Counted from the first letter of the stretch, positions 10,163 through 20,038 are shown. The stretch: 64,000 nt of DNA from a candidate division Kazan bacterium (GCA_003647645.1 QMNG01000001.1:73884-137883); one strand, 5' to 3'. Numbers and translations: made by a program. Notes: generated from the sequence alone by a model not told the origin.

Positions 10163-12505
10163 TCAGCTTTGGCGCAATTTGGCGTTATATCGCTCTGAGA
10201 GCAGATTTTGTATTCTCTCTTCAACTCGTTTTCGGTCTTCCTTTGTCAGAGTTTTTACCTCGCTCGTAATTTCGATATGAAAGGCAATATTTTTGCCTTC
10301 ATCACCAAGATGATGAACATCAAACAATGAAACCTTGGATACTAGAATATCGGCTGTTGCGATGGTGTCCAAAATATCCCCAATTCGAATCCGATCAGGC
10401 ACAACAAAGGCCATGTCAAACTTGATCGGCGGAAATTTGGGCAGTGGCTTGAACTTTTTAGACCCGGCCAAGCGGGAAACTAATCCATCTATCTTCATTG
10501 AAAAATAGGCGTCGTTATCCTTAACCCTAACAATTTCGCCAATTTGTTTTTTGTCAGCAAGTATTCTCATACCGTTTAACCCTTTAACCTCGCGATATTC
10601 AACTACAATTCCCAGCTCGGCCAACAAAGTGTCCAGAGCCCCCCTGATTTGGCGGTAAGCGGCCTCATCTTTGATCCGGCCAACCAGTTGCTGGAATTCA
10701 TCAGGTAGCACCTCGCCCACATCAACAAATGCTGTATTTAGTTCGAAGACCTTGAATCTATCAGCAGGACGATTTCCCTCCATAAACTCAGCGGCAGTAA
10801 TACCGGAAGTCAGATCGGATTTAAGGTGAGTCAGATGGCTCACCAGTGGCTTCTCCAGCCGAACAGCCCGGGGACTACCGCTGTCAAATGGCGACAGATA
10901 AATTTCAATAAACCCCAGTCGGACTAAAATCTCTTTGATTCGCCGGACGGCCAAGCGCAAGTCCTTAACTTTGGACGGAGCTAGTACGACTTCCGGCATT
11001 GTGTGGGGAATTTTGTCGATGCCGTATATTTTCAAAATTTCTTCCGTAACGTCAGCAACTCCACGCATATCCTGACGATAATGAGGAATCTGAATAACCA
11101 GCCTGCCATTCTTCAACACAGTCGGCATATCCAGACGGGTAAGAATATCCACCATCTCATTCGGAGGTATTGTAATGCCAGCCAAGGCGTTAATTTGGTC
11201 GGTGGCAACTTCTATCTTCGTTGTCGCATCCGGTAATTTTTGATGGGCATCAATACCAACGGCTGAAACTTCACAGTTCAAAGATTCCTGCTGGATAAGG
11301 TTTATCGCTCTTCGGATAGCTAACTCAGGAAGCAACACACTCAATCCCCGCTCAAATCTGGCGCTAGAATCTGTGTGTACACCTAGCTTACGCGAGGTCT
11401 GACGGATGGACACCATATCAAAATTGGCCACCTCCAAAAAGATATCCTTGGTCTTTTCAGTTACGCCACTTTCCTCACCGCCGACAATTCCGGCTACCGC
11501 CAATGGTTTTTGGCTGTCGGCGATAACCAGCATAGAATTTTCTAAATTATGCTCGCAGCCGTCCAGGCCCCTGATTGTTTCTCCAGACTTAGCTTGGCGG
11601 ACGATAATTTGATTATCTTTGATTTTGTCCAAATCAAAAGCGTGAATTGGCTGGCCCAGTTCCAAAAGAACATAATTAGATATATCGACGATATTATTAA
11701 TTGGCCTTAAACCCGACGCCAACAATATTCGCTGCATCCACTCGGGCGACGGTTTAACGGTTACATTCCTGATCACCCGACCCATATACCGGGGACAAAG
11801 CTTGTAATCTTTAACTTCGACAGCAACGGACCTGTCGAATTTTCCTTGTTTCGATTTAAAGTCGAGACTGATGCCGGGCTTGAAGTCCTTTTTCAAAACA
11901 GCAGCCACTTCCCGGGCAATTGACAAATAAGAAAGATAATCCGGTCTATTGGACAGCACCTTCAAATCAAAAATCGTGTCGCTATCCTCCCCGATCACTT
12001 CGCTTAGCGGCGTGCCGATTTTGAGTTTGTTATTAAGAATCCAAATACCCTCCGGGGCGGACTCCCCTTCTGGGCGGAACCCCCCGGACCTTTTTTCCAA
12101 ATTCAACTCAGCTTTGCTGCATAACATTCCAAACGAGCGCTGCCCGCGAATCACGGTGCTTTTGATCTTCAAGCCGTTTGGCAGGACACATCCCTCCAAG
12201 GCAACCGGCACCTTTTGGCCAACAGCAATATTGCTGGCACCGCAGACAATATCCAAAATCTGGTCGCCCTCCGGGCCAGAGGCTTCTCCGGGCCGGTGGC
12301 CCACATCAACTTTCGCCAGCTGCAGCTTATCGGCATTGGGGTGCGGATTGATCTCTTTGATCTCGCCCACCACCACTCCTTCGTATTGGCTTGAACTAAT
12401 AACTTCCTCAACTTCTGTAATATGCAAATTAATAATGTCTGCAACGGCTTGCGGACTTTCTTTAAAACCAATCCAGTTCTTGAGGAAATTATATGATATT
12501 TTCAT
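10163..12505 (-). CDS. pheT: Phenylalanine--tRNA ligase beta subunit
   Basis: 780 aa; MKISYNFLKNWIG N-terminus; tRNA-binding, B3/4 and B5 domains in canonical order. Confidence 0.9.
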   Translation of the reverse strand: MKISYNFLKNWIGFKESPQAVADIINLHITEVEEVISSSQYEGVVVGEIKEINPHPNADKLQLAKVDVGHRPGEASGPEGDQILDIVCGASNIAVGQKVPVALEGCVLPNGLKIKSTVIRGQRSFGMLCSKAELNLEKRSGGFRPEGESAPEGIWILNNKLKIGTPLSEVIGEDSDTIFDLKVLSNRPDYLSYLSIAREVAAVLKKDFKPGISLDFKSKQGKFDRSVAVEVKDYKLCPRYMGRVIRNVTVKPSPEWMQRILLASGLRPINNIVDISNYVLLELGQPIHAFDLDKIKDNQIIVRQAKSGETIRGLDGCEHNLENSMLVIADSQKPLAVAGIVGGEESGVTEKTKDIFLEVANFDMVSIRQTSRKLGVHTDSSARFERGLSVLLPELAIRRAINLIQQESLNCEVSAVGIDAHQKLPDATTKIEVATDQINALAGITIPPNEMVDILTRLDMPTVLKNGRLVIQIPHYRQDMRGVADVTEEILKIYGIDKIPHTMPEVVLAPSKVKDLRLAVRRIKEILVRLGFIEIYLSPFDSGSPRAVRLEKPLVSHLTHLKSDLTSGITAAEFMEGNRPADRFKVFELNTAFVDVGEVLPDEFQQLVGRIKDEAAYRQIRGALDTLLAELGIVVEYREVKGLNGMRILADKKQIGEIVRVKDNDAYFSMKIDGLVSRLAGSKKFKPLPKFPPIKFDMAFVVPDRIRIGDILDTIATADILVSKVSLFDVHHLGDEGKNIAFHIEITSEVKTLTKEDRKRVEERIQNLLSERYNAKLRQS

Positions 12506-12642
12506 CTTTTTTCGTTACGCTGAATTTATTTCAGCATCTAGCATCCTGCCAAGACCTCCGGTTCAGAGAACCTTAAAATTCGGAGAAGGGCTTTAGCCCA
12601 GAGGGATCCTGAACCAAATTCAGGATGACATTAATAATATTT

Positions 12643-13635
12643 TTAAAATTGTTTAAGAAAATCAAAATTTGGCTGATAGAAATAACGGATGTCTTTAATC
12701 CCATACTTCAACATGATCAGCCGCTCAATGCCCATGCCAAAGGCAAAGCCGGAGTACTCATCCGGATCAACACCGCCGTTTTTAAGAACCTTCCGACTGA
12801 CCATTCCGCAACCCATCAGCTCCAGCCATTTACCGCCAAACCAAGCATCCACTTCGTAGCTTGGTTCAGTAAAGGGAAAGTAACTTGGCCGAAGGCGCGT
12901 TTCAACATCTTCTCCCAAAATGTGCTTAACCATCGCATCAATGACGGCCTTAAGATTCGCCACGGTAATGTTTTTGTCGATCATCAGGCCTTCCAGCTGA
13001 TAGAATACCGAGCCATGGGTAGCGTCCTCGGCCTCATATCGGAAAGTTCGGCCGGGCGCAATAATCCGGATCGGGGCTTTGTGCGATTTCATATATCGCA
13101 GCTGAACCGGCGAGGTGTGAGTTCGCAGTAACGTATTATTTTTAGATCCTTCCTTCCGATTAACCCAGAAAGTGTCCCACTCATCACGAGCCGGATGGTT
13201 GTCTGGAATATTCAAGAGGTCAAAGTTATATTTTTCCAGCTCTACTTCAGGGCCTTCGGCCACGGAAAATCCCAGCCCCCTGAAATATTCAATCAAATCG
13301 TCAATTATTTGAGTGATGGGATGCAGCCGTCCTAAATCTGGTACTATTCCTGGACAAGTTGGATCAAAACTGGCCGACCTGCCGTCTCTTGCTTTATCCT
13401 TTGCTTTATCCTTTAGGTCGTTCAGCAACTGTATAATCTCCCGCTTAATGCGATTACCCAGTTCGCCCATATCCCTTCTGGCTTTTTCGGGTAAATCTTT
13501 TATTTTACGCAAAGACCGGGCGAGAGCAGATTTCCGCCCGAGATATTTGATTCTTAATTGTTCGTAATCAGAAAAGTTAGCTGAAACTATCTCAGCTCTG
13601 GCTTCCTTTAAAATAGTCCTTAACTTTTCTTCCAA
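12643..13635 (-). CDS. pheS: Phenylalanine--tRNA ligase alpha subunit
   Basis: Class II aaRS motifs (FTEPSYEVD, GMGIERL); 330 aa. Confidence 0.9.
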   Translation of the reverse strand: MEEKLRTILKEARAEIVSANFSDYEQLRIKYLGRKSALARSLRKIKDLPEKARRDMGELGNRIKREIIQLLNDLKDKAKDKARDGRSASFDPTCPGIVPDLGRLHPITQIIDDLIEYFRGLGFSVAEGPEVELEKYNFDLLNIPDNHPARDEWDTFWVNRKEGSKNNTLLRTHTSPVQLRYMKSHKAPIRIIAPGRTFRYEAEDATHGSVFYQLEGLMIDKNITVANLKAVIDAMVKHILGEDVETRLRPSYFPFTEPSYEVDAWFGGKWLELMGCGMVSRKVLKNGGVDPDEYSGFAFGMGIERLIMLKYGIKDIRYFYQPNFDFLKQF

Positions 13636-13698
13636 AACCCATAATCGAATTTAAGTGTATGTCCTTTTAAAAAACCAACCAAACTCCACTTTCTCATT

Positions 13699-14064
13699 CT
13701 ACTTAACTCGAAAGTAAATCTCCAGCACCAGCGCCACCAAAATTATCATGGCAGTGTTCCACCAGTTCAATGCGCCCAGTGATTTTAATATACCTGCAGA
13801 AATTAAAATAGCCCCCAGTAAAATTCCCCCCCTGAGAGATATGGTATACGCTTTGATCGGATTTTCCAGAAATTTGCGCCTGACAAATAGGTATAACAAT
13901 AAGGTAATCAGACCCATCAAAGTCGCGCCTAGGGAAATAAAAAATAAGATGACCCCAACCAGGCCAGCCGTCGTGGGATCAAAATAAAAAAGCACCAGTA
14001 AAAAAGCCACCAATGTTAGCAAAGTCGCGATACTGGTTCCGATTAGATATCCTTTTACAGGCAT
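13699..14064 (-). CDS. Small integral membrane protein (3-4 TM), hypothetical
   Basis: Hydrophobic throughout; ATG preceded by a U-rich tract and an attenuator-like hairpin. Confidence 0.4.
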   Translation of the reverse strand: MPVKGYLIGTSIATLLTLVAFLLVLFYFDPTTAGLVGVILFFISLGATLMGLITLLLYLFVRRKFLENPIKAYTISLRGGILLGAILISAGILKSLGALNWWNTAMIILVALVLEIYFRVK

Positions 14065-14080
14065 ACCTATATATTACCAG

Positions 14081-14140
14081 AAATAAAAGAGGCGCCCGCC
14101 GGGTAGTCCTAAAGATTACTTTTAACTCCGTTGGCGGGCG
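14081..14140 (-). promoter_or_regulatory. Terminator/attenuator-like hairpin at the 3' end of a ~330-nt leader, immediately upstream of the membrane-protein/pheS/pheT genes
   Basis: Minus strand: 8-bp GC stem CGCCCGCC...GGCGGGCG, large loop, then CCUCUUUUAUUUCUGG; an upstream sigma70-like promoter (TTGACA-17-TAGACT) lies near 14400-14430. Confidence 0.3.
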
Positions 14141-14488
14141 GCCAAGTTACACCCAAACCGTCACTGCGGGTCCCCGGCCGCGTTCAACAGACAAATTTCT
14201 TTATCTGCTCAACGCGACCAAGTTCCCTCCTAAGGTGCAAATACGCTCTGTTTGTTTTTGTTTTTAATCAAACTTTTTGAGCAAACAGGACAGTAAGGGA
14301 AAGCGAAGCAACACTGGGGGGAGTGTTACTCCGCTTCCCATTACTCTTCTGTTTTAACGATTGGGTTTTTAATTTGCATCTTCACCAAATTATCACAGTC
14401 TATCATGGTTTATCATCCTTGTCAAGACCCTCCCTTGGGGACCGGGGCCAACCAATGTGTCAGAAGAGGTTTTATGAACAAACAGCAG

Positions 14489-16885
14489 TTAATCAAATAA
14501 GGAATCGATTTTGTCTGGTATTACACTGAATCCCGCCAATGAGTCAATAATCTTGCGACCATAATCCTTGGCGTACAGTCTGGCGTCAATCAAGCTAATG
14601 GGTCTCTGAAGCAGAGAAACAGTGTGTAATACCACTTTAAAGCGAAAAACTGCCCGAGCCAAGGTGTAGCTTTCAAAACCCTCCCAGCCATCGCCGAGCA
14701 CCCTAAATTGCGGCCGGGAAATCGCCTCGAACGGAATTTTACCCAAAACTATTCTATCAAAATCCCCGGCATACCAAACTGCTTGGTGCATCCACGCATA
14801 GTAACTAATATAAATCGCTGGCTGACCGTCTTTCAAAAGCGGCGGAACGCATGTAATTGTGCCGGCAGTGTCATTACTGAAGAGTTTTATACCGTTTGCT
14901 TTTGCTTCATCAAAGATTTTTGTGAAAACACTTTTGGCTTCAAAATTTGATGGTGCCAGGATCAGTGATTTTTCATTTTTTTTGAGTATCAATTGTCTGG
15001 CCGCGCCTACCAGTGCCTCAGTCGAATCTTCACTGGCATCATCGGCAACGATCAACTCCGTTTTACCCGCCGGCTCGATGATTCGGCTGTTAAACTCGCC
15101 AAAATATCTTTTCCAGTAGTCAAACCTGCCGGCAACCGATAAACCGGAAGATAGAACTGTAACATTTCTCGCCTCACTGGCAATTCTCAGAATATTTGAA
15201 AACTTTGGAACAGCGGGAACCAGTTCAAGATAAAAACGATTGTCATCGGCAAAAAGAAAATATCGATAGTCAGCCCGCTGTATTTTGAGTGCCTGCAGAT
15301 GGTCAATAAGCTTTTCTGTGCCGGCAATTTGGGGGACTGCCGGAGCCTTGATTTCCCGAATGAGTTTAAGATAGCTTTCCAGATTTTCTACCGCATTGCC
15401 AATTTCTTCCTTAAATTCTTTATCTAACACATCTTGACTAAGCTCAATATTGCGTTCTTGCTGCGACACCGGCGGGGACATCCGATAAATACTAATAATC
15501 ATTTCGCTCAGCTTGGTAAAACTGGAACTAATTTGGTTTAAAATCTTAAAGGCCGTATCGGCAATCTTAACATCAATTGGTTTAATATGCTGATGTATAA
15601 AATCTCGGCGGCTGCTGATGGCAGCATTAAAATAATTGAGTGAAAAAAGACGGCTGCTGGCTCTAAATTCGGCATCTTCCATCATCAGCGGATCAAATAT
15701 AACAACCTCGCGGCCGGCTACATCCATGTCCAGCGCCGCAGTGGGTGAAACCAGAATTAAATCAGCCCGGCTGGTCTCGGAGCCCAGAGATGAAAACTTC
15801 TGCTCCCATTGGTATTCCTCTTCGCGGGTCAGATAAAGCTTGGCATAATCTCTCCCCCACTCTTCTTTAAAAATAATGATTTTGGTAATAATTCTGGCTT
15901 CCAACGCGCCAATCGGAATACCGCTTTCGACAAGCTCAACCTCGGAGCCCTCACGATATGTCAGTTTGGCCGGATAGTAGAAGTCAACTGTGGCACCTGC
16001 TATTATTGATTGCCAATCTATTTGTTTAATCATCTTTTCCGGAACAATCAGAACAGCTGGTTTAACCGAAACGGCGTAGCTTAGGGCCAGACCCAAAGAC
16101 GAAACCGGAAAATGAGTTTCTATAAAATTAACCTTGCCAGATTTAACATCATTAATTTTGCTTAAATATTCACCGCTCTGTTCGATATCCTCCGCCAGCC
16201 CGTTTGTGACTGTAGTATCGCTAACAGCCTTAAATCTCTCATCGCCAAAATCCAAAGGATTAGCGAACAGCCACTGCCACTGCCATGTATCTTCACCAAC
16301 CAGTTGATTGATCTGCTGTCTGGTGCTGGCCTGAAGATCAGCGACATGATGCACTAGCAGCTTAAACAGATCGACAGTCGCCAAGACATCAGCCATGGCC
16401 CGATGAGCCGGCTGGTGTACAAAATTAAAATGCTTGGCCAGGTGCTCTAACCGATAAAAATCTTGGTATGGCAAAACCGTGTGGGCCAATTCTAGTGTGT
16501 CCAGCACGGGATTAAGCTTGACATCACAACCCTTGGCCACAAGAAATTCTATATCAAAGCCTATGTTGTGACCAACAATCGGTAAATCGCCGCAAAATTG
16601 CTCGATCTGTGGAATAAGTTCTTCAATTGCCGGCTGATCCCTAATATCCTCAGGCCTGATGCCTGTCAGTGCAATAATTGTTGGCGATAGGACCTGATCA
16701 GTTGAAACTAAAAAATCCAGTTGATCAATAATATTACCCGAAGCGTCGAGCTTGACAGCGGCAAACTCGATGATGTCATCGGTTTTACTATCAACACCCG
16801 TCGTCTCAAGATCTAAAACAATAAATTCTTGATATTTCATAAGCATTCCGTTATGGCAGGCCCCTTGGCCATTGCGATATTGCAA
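14489..16885 (-). CDS. dinG: DinG-family protein: N-terminal DnaQ-like 3'-5' exonuclease domain fused to a Rad3/DinG-type helicase-like domain lacking a Walker A motif
   Basis: Exo I/II/III motifs (FIVLDLETTG, IVGHNIGFDIEFL, HRAMADVLAT); C-terminal KIPF, GDGWEG and LIDARLYAKDYG resemble DinG C-terminal motifs; no GxxxxGK[ST] anywhere. Confidence 0.65.
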   Translation of the reverse strand: MQYRNGQGACHNGMLMKYQEFIVLDLETTGVDSKTDDIIEFAAVKLDASGNIIDQLDFLVSTDQVLSPTIIALTGIRPEDIRDQPAIEELIPQIEQFCGDLPIVGHNIGFDIEFLVAKGCDVKLNPVLDTLELAHTVLPYQDFYRLEHLAKHFNFVHQPAHRAMADVLATVDLFKLLVHHVADLQASTRQQINQLVGEDTWQWQWLFANPLDFGDERFKAVSDTTVTNGLAEDIEQSGEYLSKINDVKSGKVNFIETHFPVSSLGLALSYAVSVKPAVLIVPEKMIKQIDWQSIIAGATVDFYYPAKLTYREGSEVELVESGIPIGALEARIITKIIIFKEEWGRDYAKLYLTREEEYQWEQKFSSLGSETSRADLILVSPTAALDMDVAGREVVIFDPLMMEDAEFRASSRLFSLNYFNAAISSRRDFIHQHIKPIDVKIADTAFKILNQISSSFTKLSEMIISIYRMSPPVSQQERNIELSQDVLDKEFKEEIGNAVENLESYLKLIREIKAPAVPQIAGTEKLIDHLQALKIQRADYRYFLFADDNRFYLELVPAVPKFSNILRIASEARNVTVLSSGLSVAGRFDYWKRYFGEFNSRIIEPAGKTELIVADDASEDSTEALVGAARQLILKKNEKSLILAPSNFEAKSVFTKIFDEAKANGIKLFSNDTAGTITCVPPLLKDGQPAIYISYYAWMHQAVWYAGDFDRIVLGKIPFEAISRPQFRVLGDGWEGFESYTLARAVFRFKVVLHTVSLLQRPISLIDARLYAKDYGRKIIDSLAGFSVIPDKIDSLFD

Positions 16886-16929
16886 ATCCCTTTATCTCAT
16901 TTTGTCATTGCCAGAAGAAAATATAGGAA

Positions 16930-18132
16930 CTATTGCAGGCGGCTTAAAATAACTTCCACCCGATTTGGCTCAAAACTTACCACACTTAAGCCTTCACTGA
17001 CTTCAAACATGCCTTTTGATATGTCGACGAAGTTGGCGCCAGAAAGTGCTCCTTGTAAATCCAAGTTCAGCTTTACCTGGCTGCGTGAAAGCCCTTTCAA
17101 AATTTCAGGATTGCCGGCTACCATCACCTTGATGCTTGATGGATTAATATTAGTTACGCCAAACCCCTCTGTAACATTAATATACGCAGGAATAATAGAA
17201 ATTTGGCGGGTTCCTTCACTGGATTGGACTATAACGTTCACTAATACCAGATTTTCTCCTACTACTTTGACACCGTTCGGCAGGTTAGCGGCTACCTGAG
17301 TTTTAAAACTCTTGGTTTTGCCGTTCAGATTAATGGGAGTCGTGAATAGATATGAAAGTTGATCAAGCTTTCTTTGAGTGCCACTTACCATCATAACTTG
17401 CGGCTCGAATATAACTTCCTGAATCCAGAAACCGCCCGGTAACTCCCCCGCAAAGGCTGCCTTTAGACCTAAGTTTCTAAACGAAGCTCCCTTGTCTATT
17501 TCCACACTAATCTCTCCTGACTCGGGTGTTATCCAGACAGAATGGTTGACTGTCCCCTCTGCGGTTTCAGCTTTGTAGGTTACCGGAGCTGTAAACCGCT
17601 GGCTCCGACCATCTATAGATACTCTGGCTTTGACATCACTGACCAATTCCAAGGCGGCCGATGCCCCATGCACCGTAACTTGATTAGGAAACACCTCTAC
17701 ATCCTTGACACTATAACTATCCGCCACCCAGCCGTCTGTCTCTATGACAACGGGAACTATCTTCGTGGTTATGAAATCTACATCAAAAACTATTTCGTCA
17801 GGTTCCCAGCTGATTAGCTTGACCCCCTCAGGAATAGCATTATTCTGAATTTTGGCAGAATACCGACCGGGCTTTGTCACATCAGCCAGATCGATGGCAA
17901 AACTAAAAGTTTGATCGCTAATCAGTCCCAATGCATACGGGGTGCCGGAAATATGAGTAGCCACCTCAGTTATGGGATCTACGACTGCCAAATCCTCGGC
18001 TAAATTCTTGATATAAACCGGCGAATTGAGGGTTTGGGAATGTACTGTGGCCGCATAAACATTAACCCAGACAATCATAGCGATTAACAATACTAGCCCT
18101 CGCATAACTGGGAGTGTAAATATTCGTGCCAT
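16930..18132 (-). CDS. cdaR: YbbR-domain protein, CdaR-like regulator of diadenylate cyclase
   Basis: Signal anchor followed by ~4 repeats of ~80 aa with YbbR-like patterns (IPEGVKLISWEPDEIVFDVD, LPNGVKVVGENLVLVNV); start overlaps the upstream gene's stop. Confidence 0.5.
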   Translation of the reverse strand: MARIFTLPVMRGLVLLIAMIVWVNVYAATVHSQTLNSPVYIKNLAEDLAVVDPITEVATHISGTPYALGLISDQTFSFAIDLADVTKPGRYSAKIQNNAIPEGVKLISWEPDEIVFDVDFITTKIVPVVIETDGWVADSYSVKDVEVFPNQVTVHGASAALELVSDVKARVSIDGRSQRFTAPVTYKAETAEGTVNHSVWITPESGEISVEIDKGASFRNLGLKAAFAGELPGGFWIQEVIFEPQVMMVSGTQRKLDQLSYLFTTPINLNGKTKSFKTQVAANLPNGVKVVGENLVLVNVIVQSSEGTRQISIIPAYINVTEGFGVTNINPSSIKVMVAGNPEILKGLSRSQVKLNLDLQGALSGANFVDISKGMFEVSEGLSVVSFEPNRVEVILSRLQ

Positions 18133-18968
18133 TACTTCTGATAAATAAATATGGTTTGTAAAACCCTTACCAAATCCTGGGGGGAGAGATTTTTGTAAAC
18201 ATCATCATTGTGTATGACATTAATGTCGCCAGCCGCTTTGTTGGCCACAATCACCACTGCCCCCAAGTCCTTGGCAACTTTTCTGACCAATCGATCATTA
18301 ATGTTAAACAGAACTTTGGCGTCTTTTTTAAACAGGGTTGAGCCAGCTCCGACAATCTTATTACCGTCGATGATCACCGCCCCTTTGCCCAAAACAGAAC
18401 CGTTGGCAAAAAAATCAATCAGCAAATCCGAACGGACCCGCGAATTCATCTTGGTGCTATTTTCCAGCAAACGAGCCAAAGACTTGTCCTTTTTAATGAT
18501 AATCAGCGCCAGTTTGCGGGCGCGAGACAGCACTGCCAGCGCTTCGCCCAGGGCCTTGATGGTCTTTTGAATATCTGTCGGAACAAAGCGATTGGGACGA
18601 ACCTGATTAAACATCTTGATAACTGGCATTTCCAAGACGTTTTTCACTTCGGGAGCATAGAGCACACCGATAGCCAGCAGAACTATCACTAAAATGAACG
18701 CAGACACATAAAACAGCGCCAACATCCCCAGCATTTTGGACAAGAGCATAATTATCAGCAATATCAAAACCCTGGGAAATATCCTGATTAATTCAGACCG
18801 GCGAAGTCGTTTATAAATCCACCAGAGCAGCCCGAATACTAGCAGCGTATCAATGATGCCGATTAACGTAACGCCGCTGACTATATTTTCCCAAAACAGG
18901 CCCGCTGTCGAAGCCAGCGCGGATATGGTATCGCCAATATGATTAAGAAATACTTCCCACATAATCAT
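18132..18968 (-). CDS. cdaA: CdaA-like diadenylate cyclase (3 TM + DAC domain) with non-canonical catalytic motifs
   Basis: N-terminal 3 TM, then a DAC-like region GKGAVIIDGNKIVGAG...NDRLVRKVA...GAVVIVANKAAGDINV that follows the CdaA HDGAVII...TRHRAA...TIVVSEETG layout; DGA reads KGA and RHR reads DRL. Confidence 0.5.
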   Translation of the reverse strand: MIMWEVFLNHIGDTISALASTAGLFWENIVSGVTLIGIIDTLLVFGLLWWIYKRLRRSELIRIFPRVLILLIIMLLSKMLGMLALFYVSAFILVIVLLAIGVLYAPEVKNVLEMPVIKMFNQVRPNRFVPTDIQKTIKALGEALAVLSRARKLALIIIKKDKSLARLLENSTKMNSRVRSDLLIDFFANGSVLGKGAVIIDGNKIVGAGSTLFKKDAKVLFNINDRLVRKVAKDLGAVVIVANKAAGDINVIHNDDVYKNLSPQDLVRVLQTIFIYQK

Positions 18969-19079
18969 CGATCAGGGAAACTTTTAACCCCCCAACTACC
19001 TCACATCATACGATAAAAGTATGAAATTGTGAAAAATAACCTTCTCAGCTAATAACAGATATCGTTTAACCGCTCACTA

Positions 19080-19670
19080 CTATGCGAAATGGATTAGTCT
19101 GCCCGACAAAGCGATTTGGGCTATTCCCGCAGCCGCGGCTATTAAGGTAATTCCGATGACATTTAACACAAAACTCAGAATCATAAACTGGTAAGTTTTG
19201 ACCTTGGCAATGCCAAGTAAAGCCATGCCGATTTCATCCGGAAATGGAGAGGCAATAATAATAGCACCCAAAATCGGCAACGTCCATTTAAAATATCTGG
19301 TTTTTGCAACTTGAGTTAGCGGAGATTTTCGGAATTTTCTTAGAAGGTCTGAGGCCCTTTCAATCAAATGATCTTTAATAAATTTAAATATAAAAAAATC
19401 CCCCACAGTGGCTCCGAATCCTGCAATAAGCCCGATCTCCCAAGCCGGTATTGTCTGGCTAAATAATAACAAAACAACAATGGCTGTTGAAATGGTAAAT
19501 GTAAAAGCAAAGAATATCCCGGCAATAAATATACCCAAATAGCCCCAACTTCCTAAACCGAAAAGAAAATCGTGGAAAGGCTGATACTGCAACAGTCCGA
19601 TTGCGACAATTATTGAAACTCCAACTAACGCCCAATTGGTACGGGAAGTGTTGTTTCTGCGTGACGCCAT
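19080..19670 (-). CDS. Integral membrane protein, hypothetical
   Basis: 4-5 predicted TM segments; no recognisable motif. Confidence 0.4.
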   Translation of the reverse strand: MASRRNNTSRTNWALVGVSIIVAIGLLQYQPFHDFLFGLGSWGYLGIFIAGIFFAFTFTISTAIVVLLLFSQTIPAWEIGLIAGFGATVGDFFIFKFIKDHLIERASDLLRKFRKSPLTQVAKTRYFKWTLPILGAIIIASPFPDEIGMALLGIAKVKTYQFMILSFVLNVIGITLIAAAAGIAQIALSGRLIHFA

Positions 19671-19819
19671 AAACTTAGTATATCACTATGAAATTTTGAA
19701 CGGCTCATGCTTGTCTAGCCGTAGCCCAAATAAAATCGGATGAGCCGTCGAGCTGGTGCAGGACGGAGCGGAATGGCTAACCACTCCGTCCTGCTTCATC
19801 TTGTTTGGAGACAGCCGGT

Positions 19820-20038
19820 TTAAGACTCAGCAGGAGAAACAGAAGTTGGCTTGGAATAATATTTGATGCGAACCGCTCCGCAACAAGGACAGTAGAAAAT
19901 TCCACCCTCTTTCTCTTTTTCGCCGACCTTTTTCCATTCATGTTCGCACTTTTGCCGAATCATTTGACCTGCAGTCATGTTGCGAACAGAATCTGTCCCA
20001 TTCAAGGTGCCACTTTCCCCCGTATCCGAAGAATTCAT
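19820..20038 (-). CDS. Small zinc-ribbon protein, hypothetical
   Basis: Strong SD GGGAGGG 5 nt upstream of ATG; CEHEW...YCPCCG cysteine cluster. Confidence 0.45.
   Translation of the reverse strand: MNSSDTGESGTLNGTDSVRNMTAGQMIRQKCEHEWKKVGEKEKEGGIFYCPCCGAVRIKYYSKPTSVSPAES

Noticed and set aside
14064-14489. tmRNA, RNase P RNA, SRP RNA or a T-box in the long intergenic region
   Set aside because: I looked for a tRNA-like CCA end with a tag ORF, the GGAAAGUCCGG P4 motif, the AGGAAGCAGC SRP domain IV motif, and the AGGGUGGNACCGCG T-box. None is present on either strand.
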